This document shows, piece by piece, positions 23,631 to 35,199 of a DNA stretch of 49,782 nucleotides. Position numbers and translations under genes: made by a program. Numbering within the stretch: the first letter of the stretch is position 1; the number at the start of each line of letters is the position of its first letter. The notes beneath the pieces were generated by a model. That model ran no database searches. It had not been told where the DNA came from and saw nothing but the letters and a program-made list of their open reading frames with translations. The stretch comes from a virus (lineage: Duplodnaviria; Heunggongvirae; Uroviricota; Caudoviricetes), in IMG/VR virus record IMGVR_UViG_2721755728_000004; one strand, 5' to 3'.

Positions 23631-25106
23631 CTACTGTCGTTTCGTTGCGGCACTGCTGCCTCCTTTATCACTGGCCGGATCGGTATCAAATACCAGGTCC
23701 AGCTTGCGGTTTTCATCAATTTCGGCCTTGCGCCGACGTTTGACATCATCCGGATTACGACCACCTGCACGTACCCAGTCTGATTCTGTCGCCGCTCCAC
23801 CACGAATCTGGATTTTCCAGGCCTCAGCCTCCTTAACAGGGTCAATCCACGGCATCACCGGTCCGGAATACACCGCGGTATACAGTGAAGATCGGTCAAG
23901 ATCGCGGGGTAGCCTGATAACACCGGATGCCACAGCCTGTTTCAGCCAGGCACGATACATCGGGCGGGTGACGGCACCAATAAACCAGTCCTGCAGGATC
24001 AGGTAGCCATCAGTGGATTCAACCAGCTCCTGACGCTGGGCGCTGTAAGTGCCGTTATAGTTGCGCGCTGTACTGGAAAAACTCAGACGACTGCCCGCCG
24101 CCACGGCACGCAACTGAGCATTACGAAAAGTTTCAAGGTTAGGATTTGGGCGATCCGACTTCACCATTCCGATTTCTTCGCCGGGTTTCAGATCGTCGTA
24201 AATAATGCCTGGCTGAATGGTAAGCTCGCGTTCATTCTCCTTGCTGTCATTACCATCCGTTTCATAGCTCTGTCCGTCGCCTTTCCGGATGTACATCCCC
24301 AGAGCAGCGGCGACCCTTGCTGCAGTCAGCTCAGAATCTTCATACTCTTTCAGGGCGCTGAGGCGGATCAGCACACCGGACAATAAAGACGTCCCGCGCA
24401 TCTGGTGCAGACGGCGAACAAATTTAAGATGCAGCATTCGCTCTGCATCCACTTCTTTGGTTTCCATCTGCCGTCCGGATACAGGACGACTTTTATACAC
24501 CAGATATTTTTCGGGACGCCCCCAGTCATCAACAAACACGCCCTGATTCAGCCTGTTGCTCTCATCACTGGTCATGGGAATAAAGTCCGGCTCGAGCGCC
24601 TCCAGCCAGAAATGAACACCGGCAGAAGGCGTCAGGCTGTTTATGCGCCCGGAAACCATCTGGGCAAACACCTCACCATCGCGCAGCCAGGTACGCAGCA
24701 TCAGACGTTCCAGCATCGGACGGGTAAACTGCCCGGTGACCTCCGGACTGACAGACCATTCACTCCATCGGGTACGTATCTCCGCAGCCAGGTCACGGGC
24801 AATGGCCCCATTGCGTAATACCGGATGTGGCTCGACAATAATCCCGTTTTTCCCCACCACCCGTTCTTCCAGCTTGTCAAATACACCAATGACCAGATCG
24901 TGGTTGTTATCAAGGTAACGAGCCTGCTCACGTAACGACACGGCCCCGTACTGGCTTAACTGGTCGGCAGTTCGGTTCTCCCGTCGGGCTTTGTGTGTCC
25001 GCGTCGTTTTTACGGCCTCATAAGCCTGGATCACCGCACGGGAACGCAGCCTTGCCGCTTTCCATCCTGGTGAAAAAACGCCAATCACATCATCAAGAAT
25101 TGCCAT
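23631..25106 (-). CDS. Portal protein
   Basis: About 490 aa between the W-like gene and the protease-capsid gene; start (MAILDDVIG) overlaps the W stop. Confidence 0.85.
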   Translation of the reverse strand: MAILDDVIGVFSPGWKAARLRSRAVIQAYEAVKTTRTHKARRENRTADQLSQYGAVSLREQARYLDNNHDLVIGVFDKLEERVVGKNGIIVEPHPVLRNGAIARDLAAEIRTRWSEWSVSPEVTGQFTRPMLERLMLRTWLRDGEVFAQMVSGRINSLTPSAGVHFWLEALEPDFIPMTSDESNRLNQGVFVDDWGRPEKYLVYKSRPVSGRQMETKEVDAERMLHLKFVRRLHQMRGTSLLSGVLIRLSALKEYEDSELTAARVAAALGMYIRKGDGQSYETDGNDSKENERELTIQPGIIYDDLKPGEEIGMVKSDRPNPNLETFRNAQLRAVAAGSRLSFSSTARNYNGTYSAQRQELVESTDGYLILQDWFIGAVTRPMYRAWLKQAVASGVIRLPRDLDRSSLYTAVYSGPVMPWIDPVKEAEAWKIQIRGGAATESDWVRAGGRNPDDVKRRRKAEIDENRKLDLVFDTDPASDKGGSSAATKRQ

Positions 25107-25324
25107 CAGAACCTCGCCAGCCGGTACCCGGGATGCCCCCGTCGTCGTGTAATCAGAGCCGCAAGGCGGCGCTCCCACTCCTGCCGCCCCTGCCGGATCT
25201 CAGATAAGTTTTCCATGGTCATCTGCTGACCATTAAAAGTGACGGATTTTCCGTCCAGCACCGCCATTTCAGCTTCCGTATAACGCTGAATCATGGCTTC
25301 AATATCATTCTGATTCATAACCAT
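25106..25324 (-). CDS. Head-tail joining / head completion protein (gpW-like)
   Basis: 72 aa immediately after the terminase gene; C-terminus RRRGHPGYRLARF resembles lambda W (..RRRGPAGFYV). Confidence 0.55.
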   Translation of the reverse strand: MVMNQNDIEAMIQRYTEAEMAVLDGKSVTFNGQQMTMENLSEIRQGRQEWERRLAALITRRRGHPGYRLARF

Positions 25325-27418
25325 CCTCCGGAAGTCAGCCAGGGGTTAACATCGTCAGTTACTGTTTTCTTCCGTTTTTGTTTTTTAACAGGCGTGGATA
25401 CCGGTTCCGGTGAGGGTGACGGTTCGGTACTGTCCGGGACACACTCCAGCCAGGTTTCCCGGCTCGCCCACTCCGGTGCATCCGGCCAGCGGATCTTTTC
25501 GTATCCATGCAGAATGACCAGAGCCTCGGCATACACCATCAGGTCAAAAGCTTCGTTGGCACCGCGACCCGGCTTACTCCATTTCCCGTCACTGCTCCGC
25601 TCTTCATACGTCAGTTCGTCGTAAAACCAGCTCCCCAGCCAGTCAGGGAAATGCACATAGCCGGGACCTGGCGAGTCACGCCATAACGCGTTATTCACCC
25701 GGTCTTTCAGGGCATCCGTCTGAAGAAGCCAGAGCGGCACATCACCTGCGGCCTGCGCCCGTCGGCCCGTTCGTCCGGTGTTATCAGGGAATGTACGGGT
25801 GATCAGTTTTGCTCGCCGGATGCTGTCGCCCTTAAACAGGTAAATACGTTTACCAAGGCCATCACGACGGCAACGACGCCAGAATTTATAGGCATTATCA
25901 GTGACCCCGTCTTCACCGCCGGAGTCCACCGCCATTGCCATCAGTCGCATTTGTTGAGAAGGGGCGGAGGCCAGCGGCCAGCTTTTATGAAAAACATCCG
26001 TCAGCAGGACATCCCAGTCTTCCGGATAGCTGGCCGGATCAATTCGCTGGCTCTCCCCGTCGCTGTCACCGCGCAATGACTGCGTGATGTTGTAACGATC
26101 AATAATCCAGCGTTCGCCACGGCTGCCATAGCCCGTTACCTGAACCACAAAACGGCGATGACGTCCCGCCTGCACATCCACTGTCGCCACAAGGAAATTA
26201 ACGCCATCCGGCACACTGCGGGAAGGAACTGGCTCTGCCCGCTGCTCAAGCAGTTCACTTTTTCGTTGCTCCATGCTGGCGCGGGGAAGATAAGGTAATC
26301 CCCAGTCGGTATTGATAACCGTCTTGAGTGTTTCTTCACTTCCGGTTGTCTCGTATTCCTGTTCTGCAGTAAGCAGTTTGTAAACGAGTTGCGAGAGTGT
26401 CTGGTAAGCAGCTGCCGGACCCTCCATCCAGAATGACGCAATACGTGAGCGTCGGGGATCACCATAACGACTGCCATCCGCATTGATGGATTCACCATCC
26501 CGCAACCAGACCCCACGTCCGTTCAGCTCACGTTTTTGTTCAGGCATAATCCGTCCTGAACAGGAAGGACACTGAATATAAGCCGCCTCACTTGCCAGCA
26601 CAGGATCGGCAATATCACGGAAACCAGCAACCACATCGCCGCAGGGCTGAAAATACTCACCACAGTGTGGACAGGGCCAGTACCAGCGACGGCGATCACC
26701 ACGGTTATAGAGCGACAGGATCCCCGTGGTTGGTGGAGCCTCATGCGGTGAAGTCCGTCGCCATTTCACATCCTTCACATCCCTGCCGGGGGAACTCTCC
26801 ACAAGCGTCATACCGCTGGACATAAATGTGGTGGTACGTTTTGAGGCAAGAGAGAAAGCATCCCCCTCGCCATCAATATCTTCCGGAAAACGGTCATAAT
26901 CCGTCAGCGCGACGCATTTATAATCTGATGAAGGACATGATATTGACTGACGGCCAGCCGATTTTCAGGTAGTTGCCAGCAAGGAATGTTCTGTCATAAA
27001 CGTTGTTGTCATTTTTGTTCGGACTCAGGCGACTGACCACTTCCGGGCTGACGCGAAACGTTCTGGCGAGTCGTTTTTTGGAGTGTTCGCGGGCTTTTTC
27101 CTCCGTCATCTGAATGATCAGCATATCAGCAGGATCGCAAATCACGTTGTAAATCACCCAGCCGTCAATCAGGCCGATAGTCTTGCCGGTTCGTGCCGGG
27201 CCAACAAATATCACTGCGTCGTATTCACGCGAGGCCAGGCAGTTCATAGGCTCAATAACATACGGTGCCACCAGCGGATCCCACGGGACTGAGTTCCCTG
27301 CCCCCATGGGCACCCGCATATACTGAGCAACGGCATCAGCAACCCGCATTCGTCTCGGTGCGCGAAGGATATAACCTGAATCGGTTCGTGCTGCCTTTGC
27401 GGTTTCCTGATTCAGCAT
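25315..27418 (-). pseudogene. Terminase large subunit (lambda gpA-like), split by an apparent frameshift near 26930-26950
   Basis: N-terminal 166 codons (Walker A GPARTGKT) end at a stop at 26918; the gpA-like continuation (TDYDRFPEDIDGEG, CPHCGE..) is open in another frame from 26964 downward. The two frames overlap by only 44 nt. Confidence 0.65.
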
Positions 27419-27912
27419 TACTCCTCCTGCTGTAATTCCTCCTCATCATCCGCACCTGCTTCAGTCACCCGCAGGGCTATCTGATCGCGCAGATCATCAA
27501 TAATGGACTGAACACGGCTCACAGCGGCAGGCTGCAGACCGCAGTCACGTTCAAGAATATCCGGTAATGTCTCCAGCACCTGCACGACCGCTTTTGCCCA
27601 GATGGCAAACTCCCGTCTGACATCACTGGCCGGAATGAGTTGTGCCGTTTCCTGTTCGAACTTAAGACGCTCACGTTCAGACTGATACCAGGCTTTGCGC
27701 TCATGTGCGTCCATTTCGCCTTCTGCAACCGGCGGTGGTAATGCCAGAAATGCCGACACAATATCAACCACCCGATAAAGCTTGAGGTTGCTTTCATGCC
27801 CCCCTGCAACGGGTAGATTTTGCAGCCTTGCCGCAGCAGTCTGGCGATGTACACCTGACAGTGCCGCCAATTGACTGATATTCAGCGTCAGATTTTTTAA
27901 CTCTCGATCCAT
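27418..27912 (-). CDS. Terminase small subunit (Nu1-like, N-terminal HTH)
   Basis: 164 aa directly upstream of and overlapping the large terminase start; acidic C-terminus. Confidence 0.6.
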   Translation of the reverse strand: MDRELKNLTLNISQLAALSGVHRQTAAARLQNLPVAGGHESNLKLYRVVDIVSAFLALPPPVAEGEMDAHERKAWYQSERERLKFEQETAQLIPASDVRREFAIWAKAVVQVLETLPDILERDCGLQPAAVSRVQSIIDDLRDQIALRVTEAGADDEEELQQEE

Positions 27913-28085
27913 ACCCGCTCCAGAATGTTTTAAACATGCATCTTGCGAACGACTTTAGGCAAACGGTGTTAGTGATGAACAAAAAACAATCAAAATCGAC
28001 ACCACAAAAATAAAAATACTGTAATATCAATCTATTACAGTAGTGGTGATGACGGATGAAATTTCAAAAACTAGCCTTTTTCCGC

Positions 28086-28150
28086 GACGCTCCCGCCCCG
28101 TGGCAGGGGCCCCCACCGGGAGGACCCGACAGCCTGACAGCCTGACAGCC
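28086..28150. other. Candidate cos / packaging-site region
   Basis: GC-rich island (cccgccccgtggcaggggcccccaccgggagg) followed by a tandem octamer gacagcct x3 at 28128..28150, about 200 bp upstream of the small terminase. Assignment is inference. Confidence 0.3.
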
Positions 28151-28286
28151 GTGATGAGCATCTGATACAGCGCTTTACATAATGGCATAGGAATAATTCA
28201 GAAGGACATCACAGCATGCCCACACAAATTAGTGTGAGTGTCCTGTTTCTTCCTACGCACAGGACTGACGAGCATGAGGGGAAAAT

Positions 28287-28454
28287 ATGCGAACCATAAA
28301 TGCCTCATCTTCAGCAATGCAACCGGCATCCGAACAGGACGATATTGTAAATTCACCTAATTACGAGGACATTGCAGTAGTTGAATTGCAGCTCTGTATT
28401 AGCCTGACAGTGACAGAATGCGATATTGACTCTGTCACAGGTGAAATAGTTTGA
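28287..28454 (+). CDS. Small acidic hypothetical protein (55 aa)
   Basis: ORF below the track cutoff, found by hand: MRTINASSSAMQPASEQDDIVNSPNYEDIAVVELQLCISLTVTECDIDSVTGEIV, with GAGGGG 6 nt upstream of the ATG. Confidence 0.3.
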   Translation: MRTINASSSAMQPASEQDDIVNSPNYEDIAVVELQLCISLTVTECDIDSVTGEIV

Positions 28455-28474
28455 ATGATTAGCAGTTATGGTGC

Positions 28475-28681
28475 TCAGTCAACCACCAGGGAATAATCCT
28501 TCGAATTCTTATCGTGCTTCACCAACGCTGCCTCAATTGCCCTGAATGCTTCCAGAGACACCTGATGTTCTATACATGCAATTACAACATCCGGGTAACT
28601 CATAGAAATGGTGCTATTAAGCATATTTTTTACACGAATCACATCCAACGAGAGTTCATCAGCAGATTGTTCTTTATTCAT
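28475..28681 (-). CDS. Hypothetical protein (68 aa)
   Basis: ORF in the late-operon orientation between ydfO-like gene and the cos region; no family recognised. Confidence 0.45.
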   Translation of the reverse strand: MNKEQSADELSLDVIRVKNMLNSTISMSYPDVVIACIEHQVSLEAFRAIEAALVKHDKNSKDYSLVVD

Positions 28682-28966
28682 TTTGTCGCTCCATGCGTTT
28701 GCTCGTCATCTAGCGGTTAAAATATTACTTCAAATCTTACTGCATAAAAGAGGAAAAGTATGAAAGTTTGAGTACATCGACCTTACATACATCTGTCGGT
28801 TGCATATCCCTCCTGGATGCCAGCAAGGCTCAATTTTGTTACGCAATCAACACTATTCATTAAAAACAGGCTTAATATTTGACATAAATCATCAACAAAA
28901 CACAAAGAGGTCAGACCAGATTGAAACAATAAACACGATAATGCTAACTACGCGCCATCGTATCAC

Positions 28967-29413
28967 ATGGAAGGTTTACCAATGGCTCAGGCTGCCATTT
29001 TTAAAGAAATATTCGATCAAGTGCGTAAAGATTTAAACTGTGAATTATTTTATTCTGAGCTAAAACGTCACAATGTCTCACTTTATATTTACTATTTAGC
29101 CACAGATAATATTCACATTGTGTTAGAAAACGACAACATAGTGTTAGTAAAAGGACTCAAAAAGGTTGTAAATGTTAAATTCTCCAGAAACAAACATCTT
29201 ATAGAGACCTCCTATAATAAGTTGAAATCAAAAGAAATCACATTTCAACAATACAGGGAAAATCTTGCTAAAGCAGGAGTTTTCCGATGGGTTACAAATA
29301 TCCAGGAACACCAAAGATATTACTATGCCTTTGATAACTCATTACTATTTACTGAAAGCATCCAGAAAATTACTGAAAGCATCCAGAAAACTACACAGAT
29401 CTTACCACGCTAA
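28967..29413 (+). CDS. DUF1398-type prophage protein (YdfO-like)
   Basis: 148-aa ORF (start may be the internal MAQAAIF at 28982); resembles my recollection of Qin YdfO; hairpin terminator follows at about 29422..29450. Confidence 0.5.
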   Translation: MEGLPMAQAAIFKEIFDQVRKDLNCELFYSELKRHNVSLYIYYLATDNIHIVLENDNIVLVKGLKKVVNVKFSRNKHLIETSYNKLKSKEITFQQYRENLAKAGVFRWVTNIQEHQRYYYAFDNSLLFTESIQKITESIQKTTQILPR

Positions 29414-29564
29414 ACCATAACGTCCGGCTTCTCTCACTCCTGAGCCGGACTGCATTGGTTTAATAAAAACCATCAACAATTGTGATTTAGATATTCGGAA
29501 CCATTCAAATATAACAAAACCCCGTAAAAACGAGGTTTATGGATAAATTTTATTATTGAATACA

Positions 29565-29738
29565 TCAGATTAAATTAATCTTGACATCATAGCTTTCAAG
29601 ACCCGTCATTTTTTCCCGTGCGGTAAACTGAATACTGGTAACTTCTTTCCCGGTCTTTTTCTTAAGTTCAATAATTTTTTTTGTTATATATTCAGAAATA
29701 TCTGCTTCTGCTTTTGTTTTTAAGTCTTCAATATTCAT
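29565..29738 (-). CDS. gnsB: GnsA/GnsB-family small protein (57 aa)
   Basis: ORF below the track cutoff, found by hand: MNIEDLKTKAEADISEYITKKIIELKKKTGKEVTSIQFTAREKMTGLESYDVKINLI; RBS AGAGGA upstream. Confidence 0.7.
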   Translation of the reverse strand: MNIEDLKTKAEADISEYITKKIIELKKKTGKEVTSIQFTAREKMTGLESYDVKINLI

Positions 29739-29909
29739 CATTTCCTCTTTTAGTCTGTTATGACTTTCCAGTTACACAGTAAGTCGATTATATGGTGCAA
29801 ACGTGTAAAAGATAAGATGAAACATCGCAATAATCAACATACGATAGTCTAAATTTTACACAAACAGACAAAGAGAATTTTCCTGAATTATCAATGCAAT
29901 AGCATCAAA

Positions 29910-30140
29910 TCAACTCAAGAGCCTTATTGCTGCTTCCAGAATTTCTTCTGAAGTAACATGTCGATCCGCGGCTACATAAATGACTTTATGATCTCCGGTC
30001 AGAGATGGAAACCCTGCGGCCATTACAGTAAGGTGTGTTTTTTCGCCATTTGGATATTCACGCATGATGGTGTTAACTCCAGTCATCGCTGGCACTACCA
30101 CTGCTGGTTCAGAGTTAAAAAAAACTATGATTTTTTTCAT
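29910..30140 (-). CDS. Small prophage protein (YnfN-like)
   Basis: Frame ends ..MREYPNGEKTHLTVMAAGFPSLTGDHKVIYVAADRHVTSEEILEAAIRLLS; start ambiguous (ATG at 30140 or 30065). Confidence 0.5.
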   Translation of the reverse strand: MKKIIVFFNSEPAVVVPAMTGVNTIMREYPNGEKTHLTVMAAGFPSLTGDHKVIYVAADRHVTSEEILEAAIRLLS

Positions 30141-30411
30141 GATGTTACCGTAGTATGTGAGTATCCATCGAATAGACACCAAGCAAAAAAGCTCCCGAAG
30201 GAGCCTTCATTTTCACTTTTTTAAATCCAACGACAGACGGCTGGCATTTAAGTATTGTGAAATATTATCAAATGTAATCATCATTGATTTACAAAAGATA
30301 CATTTTGCCCCGAAAGGATTCATGTCAGAAACATCAAAAGATGATGTTCTATACTGGGAACCATGACAACACGGGCATCTAAAGTGAATATGGTTTGTAA
30401 TATTGTCTACC

Positions 30412-30624
30412 TCAAAGCGCCACTACATGAACAGCGGCAGGACCTTTAGGTCCGTTCTCAATACCAAATTCAACTTCCTGATTCTCAGTTAATGTTTTGA
30501 AATCGTTGCTCTGAATTGCTGAGAAATGGACAAACACATCTTTGCTGCCATCTTTCGGCGTGATGAAACCAAAACCTTTTTCAGGGTTAAACCATTTCAC
30601 TAAACCAGTCATTTTGTTAGACAT
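30412..30624 (-). CDS. cspI: Cold shock protein (CspA family)
   Basis: 70 aa, [23 protein letters not shown].. with RNP motifs; long upstream leader typical of csp genes. Confidence 0.9.
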   Translation of the reverse strand: MSNKMTGLVKWFNPEKGFGFITPKDGSKDVFVHFSAIQSNDFKTLTENQEVEFGIENGPKGPAAVHVVAL

Positions 30625-30985
30625 AATTATTACCTTTTGAAGAAATTAGCCCTTGGGCAGAATGGTCCGAAAAAAATATCAGAGAGAAAAACCAACAAGG
30701 AAATCTCAAGAGGTACAAATAATAAAATTATAACAATGACTGCTTCAGATAAATTTGTAACAAACCAGAACACCATTAACGCATGATTAACCACCCATAG
30801 CAAGGATTACTTTTGTAAAGAAAAACACAGCAATGAAAGAATAGCTTTATTTATTAATAAAACGTGTCATTCTGATTAAGACCTTTTATCTTACCCTTAA
30901 GATTTCAGGAATTTTGGCTCATGGAAGAGTCCTTTTTATTCAAATTTTACATTCCGCGATGTAAATGTTCCGATTTAATATTACC

Positions 30986-32009
<1,024 letters not shown>

Positions 32010-32013
<4 letters not shown>

Positions 32014-32321
32014 AGATATTTATGATGAGGACGCTCGTGCTTATTGGCAGGATTTTCAATCTTAAAGGAGTACTGATGCTGCAGATAAGACTCAACTTTT
32101 TCTGACAATTTTTCTGCTACTTCCAGGAAGACTTGCCGGACGCTCCTTCTGGCTGCTGCCTCATAAAACTCCAGCGCAGCTCCTTCAACACGGTCCATGG
32201 CGACATCCAGGTCAAAAATTTCACCGTCAAAGCGTTCTTTGTCCTGTAAGGCTACAGTTACCGTAACTTTATTCTCAAAATTACGGACTCCTTTCACAAC
32301 CAGTTCATAGTCTTGAGTCAT
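32010..32321 (-). CDS. ydfR: Prophage protein YdfR-like
   Basis: 103 aa between holin and endolysin, as in Qin. Confidence 0.7.
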
Positions 32322-32325
32322 TGGA

Positions 32326-32541
32326 TTACTCTCCTCTCGCAGCCTTACGCCTGTCTTCTTTAATCTTGAAATAAAGATTTGTCAGATACGTCAGCAGGCC
32401 AAAAACCAGGCTACCCAGCACACCGATTGCAGCCCACTGTGACGGAGTTACTTTATCGAGTAACTGCAATGCCCAGAAACCAGCATTACCCGCCGATGTG
32501 CCATAGGCAACACCTGTTGTTAACTTATCCATTGATTTCAT
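32326..32541 (-). CDS. essQ: Holin (phage 21 S-like)
   Basis: 71 aa from [11 protein letters not shown].. with two TM segments and a charged C-terminus. Confidence 0.8.
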   Translation of the reverse strand: MKSMDKLTTGVAYGTSAGNAGFWALQLLDKVTPSQWAAIGVLGSLVFGLLTYLTNLYFKIKEDRRKAARGE

Positions 32542-32760
32542 ATCCTCACCCCGATGTACACGGATGGTGCAATATGTTTGAAAAGATCGGAGTCTACGGG
32601 GTAGTTTTGACAGCACACGTTGTTCTCAACGGCGCTAAAAAAACATACACATTAAAAATGTGGGTAATTATTTTGAAAGAAAGTCATATATAAAATAATA
32701 ATACGAGAAATGTTTTCATATTTAGTGTACTGTATACGGCCATTTATACAGGAAAAGCCT

Positions 32761-32931
32761 ATGTCAGAACGTAAAAACTCAAAATCACGCCGTAATTATC
32801 TCGTTAAATGTTCCTGCCCAAACTGCACCCAAGAGTCAGAACACAGTTTTTCAAGAGTACAAAAAGGTGCCCTTTTGATCTGCCCTCATTGCAACAAAGT
32901 ATTCCAGACAAATCTTAAAGCTGTAGCCTGA
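32761..32931 (+). CDS. Small zinc-ribbon protein (two CxxC pairs)
   Basis: 56 aa from MSERKNSK.. with CPNC..CPHC; RBS AGGAAAA; a hairpin terminator follows at about 32995..33012. Confidence 0.45.
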   Translation: MSERKNSKSRRNYLVKCSCPNCTQESEHSFSRVQKGALLICPHCNKVFQTNLKAVA

Positions 32932-33294
32932 TTGATTTTATTAGTAACAAGTATTTTTTATATTTTAATAATATATTTAAAGCAGATAATAAAAAACCCG
33001 CCTGAGCGGGTTTGAGATTGTGGTGCTTTTTGTGGGAGTCATCCACTTACGCACTTTGTTTTGCCATGCCAGCAGTTAGCTTCTGCTGTAAAACTATTCA
33101 TGCAGCAAACCTGCACTTCACCACAATGGTTAGCATACTTTTCCTGATTAAGATTTTGCCAAATATGCTAGCCATTGTTTCATGTATTGGACCTCCTTAC
33201 TTTTTATTAAAGAGATCCAATATTCACTACTCTGTCCGTATCTCTACTCAGGCATCAGCCTTCTTCGTTATCGTATACAGACGAGCGATGAATT

Positions 33295-33510
33295 TTAATC
33301 AGTAATGATGACATTTGCTGCTGCAGGACCTTTAGCACCACTCTCTATAGAGAAGGTAACCTTTTGACCTTCAAATAAGGTTCGATAATTATCATTCTGA
33401 ATCGCAGAAAAATGCACAAACACATCTTTACTACCATCAACAGGAGAAATAAAGCCGAAACCTTTATCAGCGTTAAACCATTTTACTAAACCAGTCATTT
33501 TATTTGACAT
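33295..33510 (-). CDS. cspB: Cold shock protein (CspA family)
   Basis: 71 aa, [23 protein letters not shown].. Confidence 0.9.
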   Translation of the reverse strand: MSNKMTGLVKWFNADKGFGFISPVDGSKDVFVHFSAIQNDNYRTLFEGQKVTFSIESGAKGPAAANVIITD

Positions 33511-33809
33511 TCTACATTCCTTAACTTGAGCCTTTCGGCATAAATGGTTTGCATAACAGAAACGACTTCGTACTTAATTGGAGAGACTCAAAGAAGGAAT
33601 AAGTGAATAACACCTGAAATGAGAACTGCTTTAGTAAACTACTTCGTATATCGTCTGTTCTTCAAACCGACGCAATCATTAACGCATAGTTGAACATATG
33701 AAGCAATGTTTATTTTAGACATCCAGCCATCTTCAACCCCATCAAAAAACTATAGCTTTCTTCAGGAACGTGTGTATAGTGCGCCAAGTTATCAGTATTA
33801 AGGAATTTT

Positions 33810-34022
33810 TTGTCCCGTAAAATGACAGGAATTGTCAAAACCTTTGACGGCAAAAGCGGCAAGGGTCTTATCACCCCATCCGATGGTCGTATCGATGTCC
33901 AGCTTCATGTTTCAGCGCTCAATCTCCGCGATGCAGAAGAAATTACCACCGGATTACGCGTGGAATTTTGCCGGATAAATGGTCTGCGTGGCCCTTCAGC
34001 TGCCAATGTTTACCTTTCATGA
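33810..34022 (+). CDS. cspF: Cold shock-like protein
   Basis: 70 aa, [23 protein letters not shown].., divergent from cspB. Confidence 0.85.
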
Positions 34023-34433
34023 GCTATATTAAAGCTTTAATTTCAGGCCCCATCGGATCACACATGGAGAGTTTTTATGAATAACCCCGTCTGTCTTGAT
34101 GACTGGTTGATTGGCTTTAAAAGCTTATGCTGTACTTTGGCCGTAATAGCTCTGCTAATAATATAATAAGCAGACTCATTGTGTTTAGGGACATTGTACT
34201 GGAAGAAAACATTTTAAACATCAGGCAAATAACCAAGTCACCAGCTAAATAATAAGTTAACAGACATGAGTCCCGGGACATTACCATTGCCCCATTTAAA
34301 GCACAAAACCCGCTCATCAGCGGGTTTTCTACTTTTTCTTAACGTCGGGTATACAAAGCCCATCGTTGAAAAAATTTTATCCATATTTTTTGAAGAATGC
34401 AAACATCATGTCGCCATCTTCAGCAAAAATCAT

Positions 34434-35186
34434 TTATCTCGTCACCTTCCTCAATTGCGCTTCCGCGTATGCTTCTTCCTGCCAGCACTTTGTTACCAGT
34501 TTACCAATGACGTCCGCATACCCCTTATACCACTGATAATCGGTCAGGTCTGGTACCAGCTTCTGGACATGACGTCGTGCCAGCGTGGTCGGTAAACGAC
34601 TAAACCGGTTTCCATTACAACGCCCACAAATCTTATATACCGGTACGCCATGAAACCGGGTTCTTTTTTCATCCAGAACAATCCCTTTACCCTTACACCC
34701 TCTGCACGCTGTGCTGGCTTCGCCCTTACCATGGCAATGCTGACATAGTTCCTTCACCCATTCTTCCTTGATTACAGATTCCCCGCGTCTGTAGTGTTTC
34801 ACCACTTCGCGCAATACATTATAAAATCCCGTACCTGAACAATGCTCACAGCGAGCCTTACTTGCCGCAGACCTGGAGTAATCAGCAAAGGCAAAACTCA
34901 CGAGGTAAGGAATAATCTGTAACCGGATTTCTTCACTCAATTTGTTCAATGTCGGGTTATCCAGTGCCATCGCGTAATTTAGCAGGCCTTCAATCGCAAA
35001 CTGAGGGTCCTGAACACCAACTTTTGCCAGAAATAAGGCCAACCCAAGTGGTGCTTTCGACTGCACCATCCCCTGCGCTGCCATTACATCCGTAATTGTT
35101 AAACAACCGGTGCCTGTCGCTGGAGCGTCATCGCTCAATTTTGGAGATTTTGGGGAGTAATATTTTGGTAAGGCTTCAAGGTTCAT
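34434..35186 (-). CDS. Late-gene antiterminator Q (phage 82 Q-like)
   Basis: 250 aa from MNLEALPKYY.. with cysteine-rich zinc-binding region; sits upstream of the lysis cassette. Confidence 0.8.
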   Translation of the reverse strand: MNLEALPKYYSPKSPKLSDDAPATGTGCLTITDVMAAQGMVQSKAPLGLALFLAKVGVQDPQFAIEGLLNYAMALDNPTLNKLSEEIRLQIIPYLVSFAFADYSRSAASKARCEHCSGTGFYNVLREVVKHYRRGESVIKEEWVKELCQHCHGKGEASTACRGCKGKGIVLDEKRTRFHGVPVYKICGRCNGNRFSRLPTTLARRHVQKLVPDLTDYQWYKGYADVIGKLVTKCWQEEAYAEAQLRKVTR

Positions 35187-35199
35187 GCTCGTTCTCCAC

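Noticed and set aside
33012-33305. 97-aa plus-strand ORF upstream of cspB
   Set aside because: It overlaps the cspB leader and terminator region and is hydrophobic low-complexity sequence; likely spurious.
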